Virus record (IMG/VR): IMGVR_UViG_3300037424_001463
Coordinates: 1 to 25,738 of that record
DNA: 25,738 nt
Reading direction: 5' to 3' (one strand)
Source of the DNA: a virus
Lineage: Duplodnaviria; Caudoviricetes
A program made the translations under genes and the position numbers. This document shows positions 1-7,397 of the stretch, piece after piece. Each line of letters starts with the position of its first letter. The first letter of the stretch is position 1. Under the pieces are notes generated by a model. That model saw only the letters and a list, made by a program, of their open reading frames with translations, had not been told where the DNA came from and ran no database searches.

Positions 1-191
1 CGAGCGAGGTCGAGGTGGACTCCGTGGTTTGGTCGGACGGCCAGACGGCCATCGCGACGGTCACCACAGGCTACGGGCGCCGGGCCGTCGCCGCCGTCGC
101 CGCGTGCCACACAGACGACAACTGCTCGTCCATGTGCCCGCGCGACGGGTTCTGCCCGTGCTGGCAGGACGGAGGATTCCGGTGCTGCTGA
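1..191 (+). CDS. 3' end of a hypothetical protein with a Cys-rich C-terminus (partial, starts before window)
   Basis: Frame 3 is open from the window edge to TGA 189-191: ...AACHTDDNCSSMCPRDGFCPCWQDGGFRCC*. Not in the ORF track. Confidence 0.5.
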   Translation, partial: SEVEVDSVVWSDGQTAIATVTTGYGRRAVAAVAACHTDDNCSSMCPRDGFCPCWQDGGFRCC

Positions 192-211
192 GGGCAAGAG
201 AGGGCGCGCCC

Positions 212-484
212 ATGACTGCGCGTAGCCTCCGTAGCCTCTTCGCGGCCGCTCGCGGCCGCTGGACGGGCGCGGAGGCCCTCGGCCCCGAGGCCCTCGCAGC
301 CGCGGAGCACGACGCCGCAGCTGCGGAGACGCTCGCGCTCGAGGCCCTGAGGCTCCTCGCGGCTGCGGCCGCAGCCGCAGCCGGCGCAGCCGCGCTCGAG
401 CGGATCCACACCGGCGAGTCGCCGGTGTGGGGACCCCTGGCGGACGCCCTGGCCCAGGCGCTCGCGGACGAGGAGGCCCCATGA
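212..484 (+). CDS. Hypothetical Ala-rich protein (90 aa)
   Basis: ATG 212 preceded by AGAGGG; stop overlaps the dnaN start (ATGA 481-484). Shorter than ORF-track 29..484. Confidence 0.6.
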   Translation: MTARSLRSLFAAARGRWTGAEALGPEALAAAEHDAAAAETLALEALRLLAAAAAAAAGAAALERIHTGESPVWGPLADALAQALADEEAP

Positions 485-1632
485 GGTGCTCCGCGCAGAG
501 GAAAGAATTGCGGCGCGCCTGCGAGACGGCGCGCCGCGCGTCGGCTCGCGCTCGCTCGAGCACACGCCCGGTGTTGCAGAACTTGCACCTCGCCGCGCAC
601 GACGGCGTACTCGACGTCACCGGCTCGGACGGGGAGGTTTCGATTCGAGTGCGCGTCGAGCAGGTCGAGGTGCACAAGGACGGCGAGGTCCTGGTCAACG
701 CGGCGCGCTTTCTGCAGATCCTGCGGGAGCTCTCGGGCGAGCGCGTCGAGGTCGAGACCGACGAGCGGGCGGGTTGCGTTATCCACACCAGCGACGCGCG
801 CTTTCAGTTCATGGGCGAGGTCGCTGACGACTACCCCGAGCAGGCACCCTGGCCCAAGGAAGGTGCCTTCCGACTGGCGGCCGGCGAGCTGGTGGAGATG
901 ATCAGGCGGACCCAATTCGCAGCGCACCCCGGGAAGACACGCTACGCGATTAACGGGATCCTCTTGGACCTCAACGGCAGCCGGGTGCGCCTGGTGGCGA
1001 CGGACGGCAAGCGCCTGTCGATGTGCGAGCGTACCCTGGAGTTCGAGGCAGAGAGCCCGATCCGCGTGGTGGTGCCCACCAAGGGAATGACCCTCCTGCA
1101 GCGGGTGGTGAAGACGGGTGAGGAGTCCGTCGAGGTGTCGGTGGCGGTGAATCCGCCTGGGCCCCACGCAGACCCGGAAGCCGTGCGCGGGGGCTGGGTA
1201 CAATTCCGGGCCTCCACGGCCCTGGTGACCGCACGCCTGGTCGAGGGGCACTTCCCTCCCTACGAGGACGTACTCCCCAAGGACCGCGACAAGAAGCTGA
1301 CCCTGCCTCGCGAGAGCTTCCTCTACGCGCTGCGGCAGGCCGCCCTCCTGGGCGCCAAGGACCGCCAGGCTGTGCGCTTCAAGTTCGACCGCGAGGGGAT
1401 CGAGCTGACCGCGTGGGTCCCGGAGGTCGGAGAGAGCCGGGCCAGCTTCTCCGCCGACTACCCCTACGACACCTTGGAGATCGGCTTCAACCCCAGCTAC
1501 TTCGCGGATGTGCTCAAGGTGCTGACGACGTCCGAGGTCACGCTCGAGCTGAAGGACGCCCGCAGCGCCGTGGTGATCCGCGAGGGGCGCGACACGCACG
1601 TGATCATGCCGCTCAACTTGGAGGGCGTATGA
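481..1632 (+). CDS. dnaN: DNA polymerase III subunit beta (sliding clamp), phage-encoded
   Basis: 383 aa with clamp motifs RPVLQNLHL, TRYAINGILL, LVATDGKRL, RLVEGHFPPYEDVLP, IGFNPSYFADVL and C-terminal VIMPLNL. GAGGAGG RBS before ATG 481. Confidence 0.95.
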   Translation: MRCSAQRKELRRACETARRASARARSSTRPVLQNLHLAAHDGVLDVTGSDGEVSIRVRVEQVEVHKDGEVLVNAARFLQILRELSGERVEVETDERAGCVIHTSDARFQFMGEVADDYPEQAPWPKEGAFRLAAGELVEMIRRTQFAAHPGKTRYAINGILLDLNGSRVRLVATDGKRLSMCERTLEFEAESPIRVVVPTKGMTLLQRVVKTGEESVEVSVAVNPPGPHADPEAVRGGWVQFRASTALVTARLVEGHFPPYEDVLPKDRDKKLTLPRESFLYALRQAALLGAKDRQAVRFKFDREGIELTAWVPEVGESRASFSADYPYDTLEIGFNPSYFADVLKVLTTSEVTLELKDARSAVVIREGRDTHVIMPLNLEGV

Positions 1633-2252
1633 CCGCTGCACCGCGCGTTCTCCTCGCGGCGCGCCTGGGGCACCCTGGAGCCCTTCAGCTCCACCCGGAG
1701 GCGACACCGATCGACTGGGCGACCCATCGGTGGCGGCGGCTCGCAATCCGCGAGGCAGCGGCCCTCCTCGGCCCGTGCCTCCCAGCGGCGATCGCCGCCG
1801 ACTGGGCGGAGCGCGGTCTCCCCCTGTGGGAGGCCCTGCGCCCCGGCGATCGGCGGCCGCGAGCGGTGATCGCCGGGGCGCGCGCATGGGCGCAGTGCCC
1901 CTGCGAGGCGCACCGAGTGGCCGCTGCCGTCGCCGACCGCACAGCCTACGCCACCGCCGCTGACGCCGCCGCCGTCGCCGTCGCCGCCGTCGCCGCCGCC
2001 GTCGCGGACGCGGACGCCGCCTACGCAGCGGACGCCGCCGAAGCAGCAGCCTATGCGGCCGCAGCCGCAGCCGCGGCAGCCGCAGCCGCGTGCGCTGCTG
2101 ACGCCGCGGTGCACGCGGCGCACGCCGCGGCGCACGCGGCAAACGCTGCCGGGGCGCTAGCCGCCACCGCCACCGCTTACACTCGCGCGGTGTCGGCAGA
2201 ACGCGAGTGGCAGGCACGGCGCCTCGCTGCCTACCTCATGGAGGGGCTGTGA
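1629..2252 (+). CDS. Imm5-like putative immunity-domain protein with Ala-rich low-complexity core
   Basis: ADWAERGLPLWEALRPGDRRPRAVIAGARAW ... AEREWQARRL matches the Imm5-like pattern common in phages. ATGA overlap with the dnaN stop. Confidence 0.7.
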   Translation: MTAAPRVLLAARLGHPGALQLHPEATPIDWATHRWRRLAIREAAALLGPCLPAAIAADWAERGLPLWEALRPGDRRPRAVIAGARAWAQCPCEAHRVAAAVADRTAYATAADAAAVAVAAVAAAVADADAAYAADAAEAAAYAAAAAAAAAAAACAADAAVHAAHAAAHAANAAGALAATATAYTRAVSAEREWQARRLAAYLMEGL

Positions 2253-2413
2253 AGCACATCACCGTGCGAGTCGCCCGAGAGCCGAGGACGAGTCGCTGGC
2301 GGTACGTGATCCTGGTCGACGGGCGACCTGTGCGCGCCGCCACCGGCGCGAAGCTCTCACAGGTAGCCTCTGTGCTCCTCCTGTGGACGGAGGAGGAGCT
2401 GGCGGCGCAGTAG
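2249..2413 (+). CDS. Small hypothetical protein (54 aa)
   Basis: GTGA overlap with the previous stop; GGAGG upstream. Confidence 0.6.
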   Translation: MKHITVRVAREPRTSRWRYVILVDGRPVRAATGAKLSQVASVLLLWTEEELAAQ

Positions 2414-2433
2414 GCGCGTGCGCGCGCGCCTAC
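2410..2433. terminator. GC hairpin between convergent genes; candidate bidirectional terminator
   Basis: GTAGGCGCG-tgcgcg-CGCGCCTAC. The two convergent TAG stop codons lie in the stem ends. No U-tract. Confidence 0.5.
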
Positions 2434-4355
2434 CAGCTCGGCCCCCGGCTCCCTGTCCACCAGGGAGCGCGCTCTTCCTCCTCCTCCTGTGAGCAGGGAG
2501 GAGCCGTCGTGGAGAAGGCCGGCTCCTCCCTGTCGGGCTCTACCATGTACGCCGCGACCCAGGCGTAGACCTCGCAGTCCCACGCGTGATTGGCAGCCCC
2601 GGCGGCCTTGACGATCCAGCGCCAGATCTCGGTCGCGGAGCCGTCAGGCCGAATCCGGCGCTCGATCAGCGTGCGCCGCTCCGAGGTCATTTGCATGACC
2701 CAGTCCCGAGAGACGACGTTGCTCGCGACCTCCCAGGCACCTACGTCCGAGTGCAATATTGCACTCGAGGCCAGGTCCTTAAAATACCGGACGTCCAGCG
2801 TCGTGAGCGTCACGTCCAGCGCGCCGCCCCCGCGAGGAGGGCGGTACTGATGTCGCGCTGTGACGAGCGGGCGCAGGGGTAGCCGGTGGCCTCGCACGGG
2901 CTTGATCCGCGCGGGGTCCGTCAGCGCGAATCGGTACGTCTCCTCGGTGCGCGTCGTCTCGGCGTCCTCGGTCGCGCCGCCTCCCGCGTCGATCGTGAGG
3001 ATCATGGGGCACACGGGAGGGCCGCCCCCCGCGAGCGGGTATCGCGCGTCGAGGGTCTGCGCGCGAAGCTCGCCGAAGCTCCGAGCGACGCCCGCAGCGA
3101 TCGTCCGCTTGCGATACCCGCGCCCGAAGGCGTGTACGCTCCAGGGGATCGAGTACCTCCCGGGGTCGGCGGACGCGACGACGACCGTCGCCCACTCCGG
3201 TACGACACGCGGCGGGTAGTGAGGCCGGCTGTAGACGGCCTCCGGGGGGATCTCGACGTCTCGCGCGTCGGAGGACGCGCCCCAGAAGGGCAGCCCGAGG
3301 AGGGAGTTAAAGAAATGCTGTAGCTCGCCGAGGCCCTTGAGTCTCGCAGTGAGCCACTCACGCGCGAGGTCGGAGTAGGACGTCCAGGGGGACGACAGAC
3401 CGGAGACGCGGTAAGCGACGGTCGTCGACGGCGGGTGCTCGCCTCGCGGGTGTCCCTCGCTCACCCACTCCCCGCGGCGTACCGCGGCGAAGCGCTCGCC
3501 GTCAGAGATCACAGCCTCGCACTCCGGGCACTGGTAGTGCGCGGTGAGTGCGCCAGACGCGAAGCGCGAGAGCGCGACCTGGAGGCTCTCCGCGTCGGAC
3601 TCCTCCATGCCAGGCCAGCGGACGTGATCCCACGCTAGCTCAGCGTACGCGCCGCACCGCGGGCAGGGGACGTGGTAGGTCCTCCGGTCCGGGGCCGCCA
3701 GGTAGGCCGTCCAGATCGGACCGCTCGGGATCGTTGGCGTCGAGCACAAGAATGTCTTGCCGCGATGTCCGTAGGTCGCGGTGCGGACGCGCGCGAGGGA
3801 GATCGCGTCGGCCTCCCGGCCTCGGTAGGCCGGGTACTTATCCACCTCGTCTAAGAAGACGTACTGCAGCGGGCGCGTCGCGAGGGCCTGGTGGCTGCCC
3901 GCCCAGCCGATGTAGATGGTAGCGGAGGAGAGCACGACGCAGCGCTGTTTCAAGTCCCACGCCCTGCCCGTGAGCAGCCCCGCGAGCCTCGGAGAGTCCG
4001 AGAACATGGGGATCACACGCTCACTCATGTTTTCCTTCGCGGACCGCTCCGTGGGGAAGACAATCATGATCGGCCCCGGGGCTCGATCCACGACCCACCC
4101 CAGCCAATTCCGCCCGCACTCGCTCTTGCCGCATTGCGCGGGGGCTACCACTACGACCTCGCGGTAGCGCGGGTCCGAGAGGGACTCATGGATCTCTCGC
4201 AGGTAGGGCGTGCGATCGAGGCGGTATGGCCCCGGCTCCGACGCGACGCGCGAGCCGAGGACTCGGTGCTCCTCTGCCCACTCCGCCGCGGTCATGCGAG
4301 TACGCGGTGTCCATGCCGCGCGGAACGCGGTGGAGAACTGCTCGGCGAATTCCAT
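2430..4355 (-). CDS. Terminase large subunit, lambda GpA family
   Basis: EWAEEHR, RTPYLREI, Walker A APAQCGKSE, Walker B VFLDEVD, STPT coupling motif, CPRC/CPEC Zn pair, SGLSSPW, FFNSLLGLPF, nuclease NHAWDCEVYA. ATG 4355 preferred over GTG 4361. Confidence 0.95.
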   Translation of the reverse strand: MEFAEQFSTAFRAAWTPRTRMTAAEWAEEHRVLGSRVASEPGPYRLDRTPYLREIHESLSDPRYREVVVVAPAQCGKSECGRNWLGWVVDRAPGPIMIVFPTERSAKENMSERVIPMFSDSPRLAGLLTGRAWDLKQRCVVLSSATIYIGWAGSHQALATRPLQYVFLDEVDKYPAYRGREADAISLARVRTATYGHRGKTFLCSTPTIPSGPIWTAYLAAPDRRTYHVPCPRCGAYAELAWDHVRWPGMEESDAESLQVALSRFASGALTAHYQCPECEAVISDGERFAAVRRGEWVSEGHPRGEHPPSTTVAYRVSGLSSPWTSYSDLAREWLTARLKGLGELQHFFNSLLGLPFWGASSDARDVEIPPEAVYSRPHYPPRVVPEWATVVVASADPGRYSIPWSVHAFGRGYRKRTIAAGVARSFGELRAQTLDARYPLAGGGPPVCPMILTIDAGGGATEDAETTRTEETYRFALTDPARIKPVRGHRLPLRPLVTARHQYRPPRGGGALDVTLTTLDVRYFKDLASSAILHSDVGAWEVASNVVSRDWVMQMTSERRTLIERRIRPDGSATEIWRWIVKAAGAANHAWDCEVYAWVAAYMVEPDREEPAFSTTAPPCSQEEEEERAPWWTGSRGPSW

Positions 4356-4421
4356 GAGCACAGCGTAGCACCAATTTTATTTTCCGCTCGCGATAAGAAC
4401 TCCAGCGGCTAGAGTTGACGC
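4356..4421. promoter_or_regulatory. Divergent promoter region (terminase / glyco operon) with two leaderless-type -10 boxes and a 19-bp palindrome
   Basis: Minus strand: TG-C-TACGCT(4367-4362)-N6-ATG. Plus strand: TAGAGT(4410-4415)-N6-ATG 4422. AT-rich core 4373-4383. Imperfect palindrome AACTCCAGCGGCTAGAGTT at 4398-4416. Confidence 0.7.
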
Positions 4422-4607
4422 ATGCGAAACTACATGACCGACGGGGCGGATTGGCGCTACATGACCGCCTCCGAGAAGACGCGAGCCCTCCTGCGGGATA
4501 TGTACGAGCGGTGCGCCGCGATCCCGTACGGCCCCGCCCCCGCGATCCGCGGCCTGGACGCGTTCGCGGCGCGCCTCCTACGCTACGAGGCAGCGCCCCG
4601 TGGCTAA
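4422..4607 (+). CDS. Small hypothetical protein (61 aa), first gene of the glyco operon
   Basis: ORF directly after a -10 box; overlaps the start of the next gene. Confidence 0.6.
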   Translation: MRNYMTDGADWRYMTASEKTRALLRDMYERCAAIPYGPAPAIRGLDAFAARLLRYEAAPRG

Positions 4608-4758
4608 GCGCGGGCGACCGCCGCTGGGGGTGGGGATCACTTACCGAGCGTCCGTGCGCTTCGCGCGCACAGACGCAGAGGCCGTGTTGCGCGCGGCGGA
4701 GCGCGCCGGGATCCCCCTGTCGGAGTGGATCCGCCGGGCGTGCATGGCGGCTCTGTGA
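4600..4758 (+). CDS. Ribbon-helix-helix (CopG/Arc-like) DNA-binding protein, 52 aa
   Basis: MAKRGRPPLGVGITYRASVRFARTDAEAVLRAAERAGIPLSEWIRRACMAAL: RGRP hook, beta strand ASVRF, AA-x3-G-x2-SEWIR helix pattern. Below the ORF-track cutoff. Confidence 0.75.
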   Translation: MAKRGRPPLGVGITYRASVRFARTDAEAVLRAAERAGIPLSEWIRRACMAAL

Positions 4759-5390
4759 TCGCGCGCTGCGGGGGGGATTACATCGTCGTGGGCGGAGGCC
4801 CGAGCCTCCGCGACTTCGACTGGGGCCGCCTCGAGCGCTCGTGCGCTCGGTTGGTCGCCGTGAATCGAGCCTACGAGCGCGTCCCGCAGCGCGCGGACGC
4901 GCTCTTGGTGTCCATGGACCCGGGCTTCTGGCGCGAGCACGGCGAGCGCGTGGCCTCCACGTGGGCCCCACCCGCGGTGCACATCCGTGTGGGAGACGAG
5001 CAGCTCCCACTGAGCGGACCTACGGTCGTGATCCCGTGCTGCGTGACAGCACCCCCCAACCCCCAGAACCAGGCGGCCTGGGGGACGGACCTCGTGTCCG
5101 GCGTGGGGTGCGGAGGCTCCAGCGGCTACGCCGCGGTGAATCTCGCTGACATCCTCGGCGCGGATACGATCTACCTCCTCGGCTTCGACCTCCGCAGCGA
5201 GGACGGGCGCACGTGTAACTGGCACGACGGCTACCACCAGCCGCGACAGGACGCCGGGGTCTACGCGCGCATGATCGCAGCATTCGAGGTGGGCGCGGCG
5301 TCGCGGATCCGCGCGCGCGTCGTGAACCTCTCCTCCACGTCCGCACTGACGTGCTTCCCGAGCGCGGACGTCAACGACGTGCTGCCGTGA
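4755..5390 (+). CDS. Maf/DUF115 (MptE-like) or sialyltransferase-like nucleotide-dependent transferase
   Basis: IVVGGGPSL, LVAVNRAY, GGSSGYAAVNLADILGADTIYLLGFD, WHDGY, VVNLSSTSALTCFP. GTGA overlap start. Confidence 0.75.
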   Translation: MIARCGGDYIVVGGGPSLRDFDWGRLERSCARLVAVNRAYERVPQRADALLVSMDPGFWREHGERVASTWAPPAVHIRVGDEQLPLSGPTVVIPCCVTAPPNPQNQAAWGTDLVSGVGCGGSSGYAAVNLADILGADTIYLLGFDLRSEDGRTCNWHDGYHQPRQDAGVYARMIAAFEVGAASRIRARVVNLSSTSALTCFPSADVNDVLP

Positions 5391-6001
5391 GCGGCCCCAT
5401 CTTCGTGTGCTACTTCACGCCCTCTTACCGCGCGCACGCACTGGGTCTGGTCGAGTCTCTGCGCGCGCATGACCTCGAGCACGCCGTGTGCGAGGTCGTC
5501 GACCACGGGAGCTGGCAGCGCAACTGCCAGCGCAAGCCAGCGTTCTTGCGCGCCATGCTCGCCGCGCAGAGGCGGCCCGTCGTGTGGATCGACGCGGACG
5601 CTCGGGTTCGCACGCGCCCTGACGTGCTCCTCGACATGCCGCGCGGCGTGGACGTCGCGGTGCACAACTACGGACTCTCCGGGGGGCGGGAGGAGGTGCT
5701 GTCGGGGACGGTGTACCTCGCCTACTCCGCCCCCGCGCTGACGCTCCTCGAGTCCTGGCAGGCTCGGTGCGTCGAGCGCCCGCACGCGTACGACCAGCAG
5801 TGCCTCCAGGACGCACTCTCCGGCGGTTGGGGCGGGGAGCGCATGCAGCTCCCCGCGGAGTACTGCTTCATTTTTGACGTCTTCCGCGCACCCTTCTACC
5901 GGCGCAATCACCCCGAGGTCGGGGAGCCCGTGATCGAGCACCTGCAGCACTCGCGCGTCGTGCGCGCGGCGGAGAGGGGCGCGTCATGTCAGTCTGGGTA
6001 G
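5387..6001 (+). CDS. GT-A fold nucleotide-diphospho-sugar transferase
   Basis: SWQRNCQRKPAFL, VVWIDADA (DxD), LSGTVYL, DQQCLQ, LPAEYCFIFD, VIEHLQHSR. Confidence 0.8.
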   Translation: MSGPIFVCYFTPSYRAHALGLVESLRAHDLEHAVCEVVDHGSWQRNCQRKPAFLRAMLAAQRRPVVWIDADARVRTRPDVLLDMPRGVDVAVHNYGLSGGREEVLSGTVYLAYSAPALTLLESWQARCVERPHAYDQQCLQDALSGGWGGERMQLPAEYCFIFDVFRAPFYRRNHPEVGEPVIEHLQHSRVVRAAERGASCQSG

Positions 6002-6630
6002 CCTTCCCGACCGCCAACTCACACCGGGCGGGCCGGGCGGCCGAGGCGTGGAGTGAGCGCGGCTACCGAGTCGCGATCGCAGCCGACGACTCGACGCACG
6101 CGAGTCCGCGCGCGGACCTGCTGCTTTGCGGATCCCCATACGCAGGTTACTTCCGGACCTCGAACGCGCTCTGCAAGGCGATCCTCGCGACGGACCCCGG
6201 GCTCGTAGCGGTCGTCTGCGCGGCCGATGACATGCTCCCGGACCCACGCCGCACCGCGGACGAGATCGGAGCCGAGTACGTGGAGCGCTACCCGACAGGG
6301 CTCGGGGTCATGCAGCCTACCGGAGACGATCTCCCCGGGACGGACCGGATCTGCGGCTCGCCCTGGGTGGGGAGGGAGTGGATCCTGACTGCCTACGGCG
6401 GACTCGGGCCTCTGCCCCCGGACTACTTCCATTTTTTCGGGGACGAGCAGCTCCGCGTCGACGCGACCGCTCGCGGTCTGCTCTGGGATCGCCCGGATCT
6501 CACTCAGAGGCATGAGCACTGGACGCGGGCGGGCGCCCCGCCCAAGACGGAGTACCAGCAGCGCAACTCCGACGCGTTCTGGGCGGCCGACAAGCGAGCG
6601 TTCAAGCGCGCGATGGGAGAGCTGCCGTGA
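5986..6630 (+). CDS. Glycosyltransferase, GT2-like / GT-A fold
   Basis: N-terminal VWVAFPT strand, VVCAADDMLPD acidic motif, YFHFFGDEQL, late HEHW motif. Confidence 0.65.
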   Translation: MSVWVAFPTANSHRAGRAAEAWSERGYRVAIAADDSTHASPRADLLLCGSPYAGYFRTSNALCKAILATDPGLVAVVCAADDMLPDPRRTADEIGAEYVERYPTGLGVMQPTGDDLPGTDRICGSPWVGREWILTAYGGLGPLPPDYFHFFGDEQLRVDATARGLLWDRPDLTQRHEHWTRAGAPPKTEYQQRNSDAFWAADKRAFKRAMGELP

Positions 6631-7397
6631 GCGTCCCGCACTCGGTCTTTTGGTGCTTGAGCAACAACTTCGGCGACGCGCTCGTCCCGTGGATGGTCCG
6701 GGAGCTCACGGGGACCCTCCCGATCTTCGCGGCGCCAGCGGATGGCGGAGCGATCCTGGGCGGCTCCGTCGCGAATCACGCTGTGGAGGGCACCGTGATC
6801 TGGGGCGCGGGGGTCGCGAGCATGCGCGACGAGATCCACGAGCGCGCGGACATCCGGGGGCTCCGCGGGCCGATCAGTCGATGCCGTGCCACGGCATGCG
6901 GGGCGAGCGTCCCAGCGAGCGTCCCTCTCGGAGACGCCGCACTCCTCCTGCCTCGCCTCCGGGAGTGGCTGACCTCGCTGCGCCGCGTGCGGCTCGGCGT
7001 CGTGCCGCACTACATGGATCAGCAGCGCACGTGGGCTGCGCTCCGCGACGCTCCGGACGTGAGGCTCGTCAACGTCTTCGATTCGATCGAGGACGTCGTG
7101 GAGCAGATCATCTCGTGTGATCTCGTGCTCAGCTCCTCGCTGCATGGGCTCGTGGTCGCGCACGCCTTCGGGATCCCCGCGCTATGGGCGCGAGTCTCCG
7201 ACTCGATCGGCGGAGACGGCACGAAATTTCGCGACCACCTCATGTCGATCGGACTCGAGGTCTACGACCCGCTCGACCTGCGGACTGCGTGGCCGAGCGT
7301 CCAGGACCTGATCTCCGCTGTCGAGCAGACCGAGGTGCCTCAGGGTGTCGTCCTCCGCGGCGTGCAGGACGCGCTCCGCGCCGCGTGGCCCCTGTGA
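6627..7397 (+). CDS. Polysaccharide pyruvyl transferase (ExoV-like)
   Basis: NNFGDAL, IWGAG, LRGPIS, GDAALLLP, LGVVPHY, SSSLHGLVVAHAFGIP, KFRDH. Confidence 0.9.
   Translation: MSVPHSVFWCLSNNFGDALVPWMVRELTGTLPIFAAPADGGAILGGSVANHAVEGTVIWGAGVASMRDEIHERADIRGLRGPISRCRATACGASVPASVPLGDAALLLPRLREWLTSLRRVRLGVVPHYMDQQRTWAALRDAPDVRLVNVFDSIEDVVEQIISCDLVLSSSLHGLVVAHAFGIPALWARVSDSIGGDGTKFRDHLMSIGLEVYDPLDLRTAWPSVQDLISAVEQTEVPQGVVLRGVQDALRAAWPL

Noticed and set aside
61-2217. 718-aa minus-strand ORF and other long antisense ORFs (e.g. 20621-22585, 13699-14901, 15182-16387)
   Set aside because: Arg/Pro-rich shadows of real plus-strand genes in high-GC DNA; no recognisable motifs.
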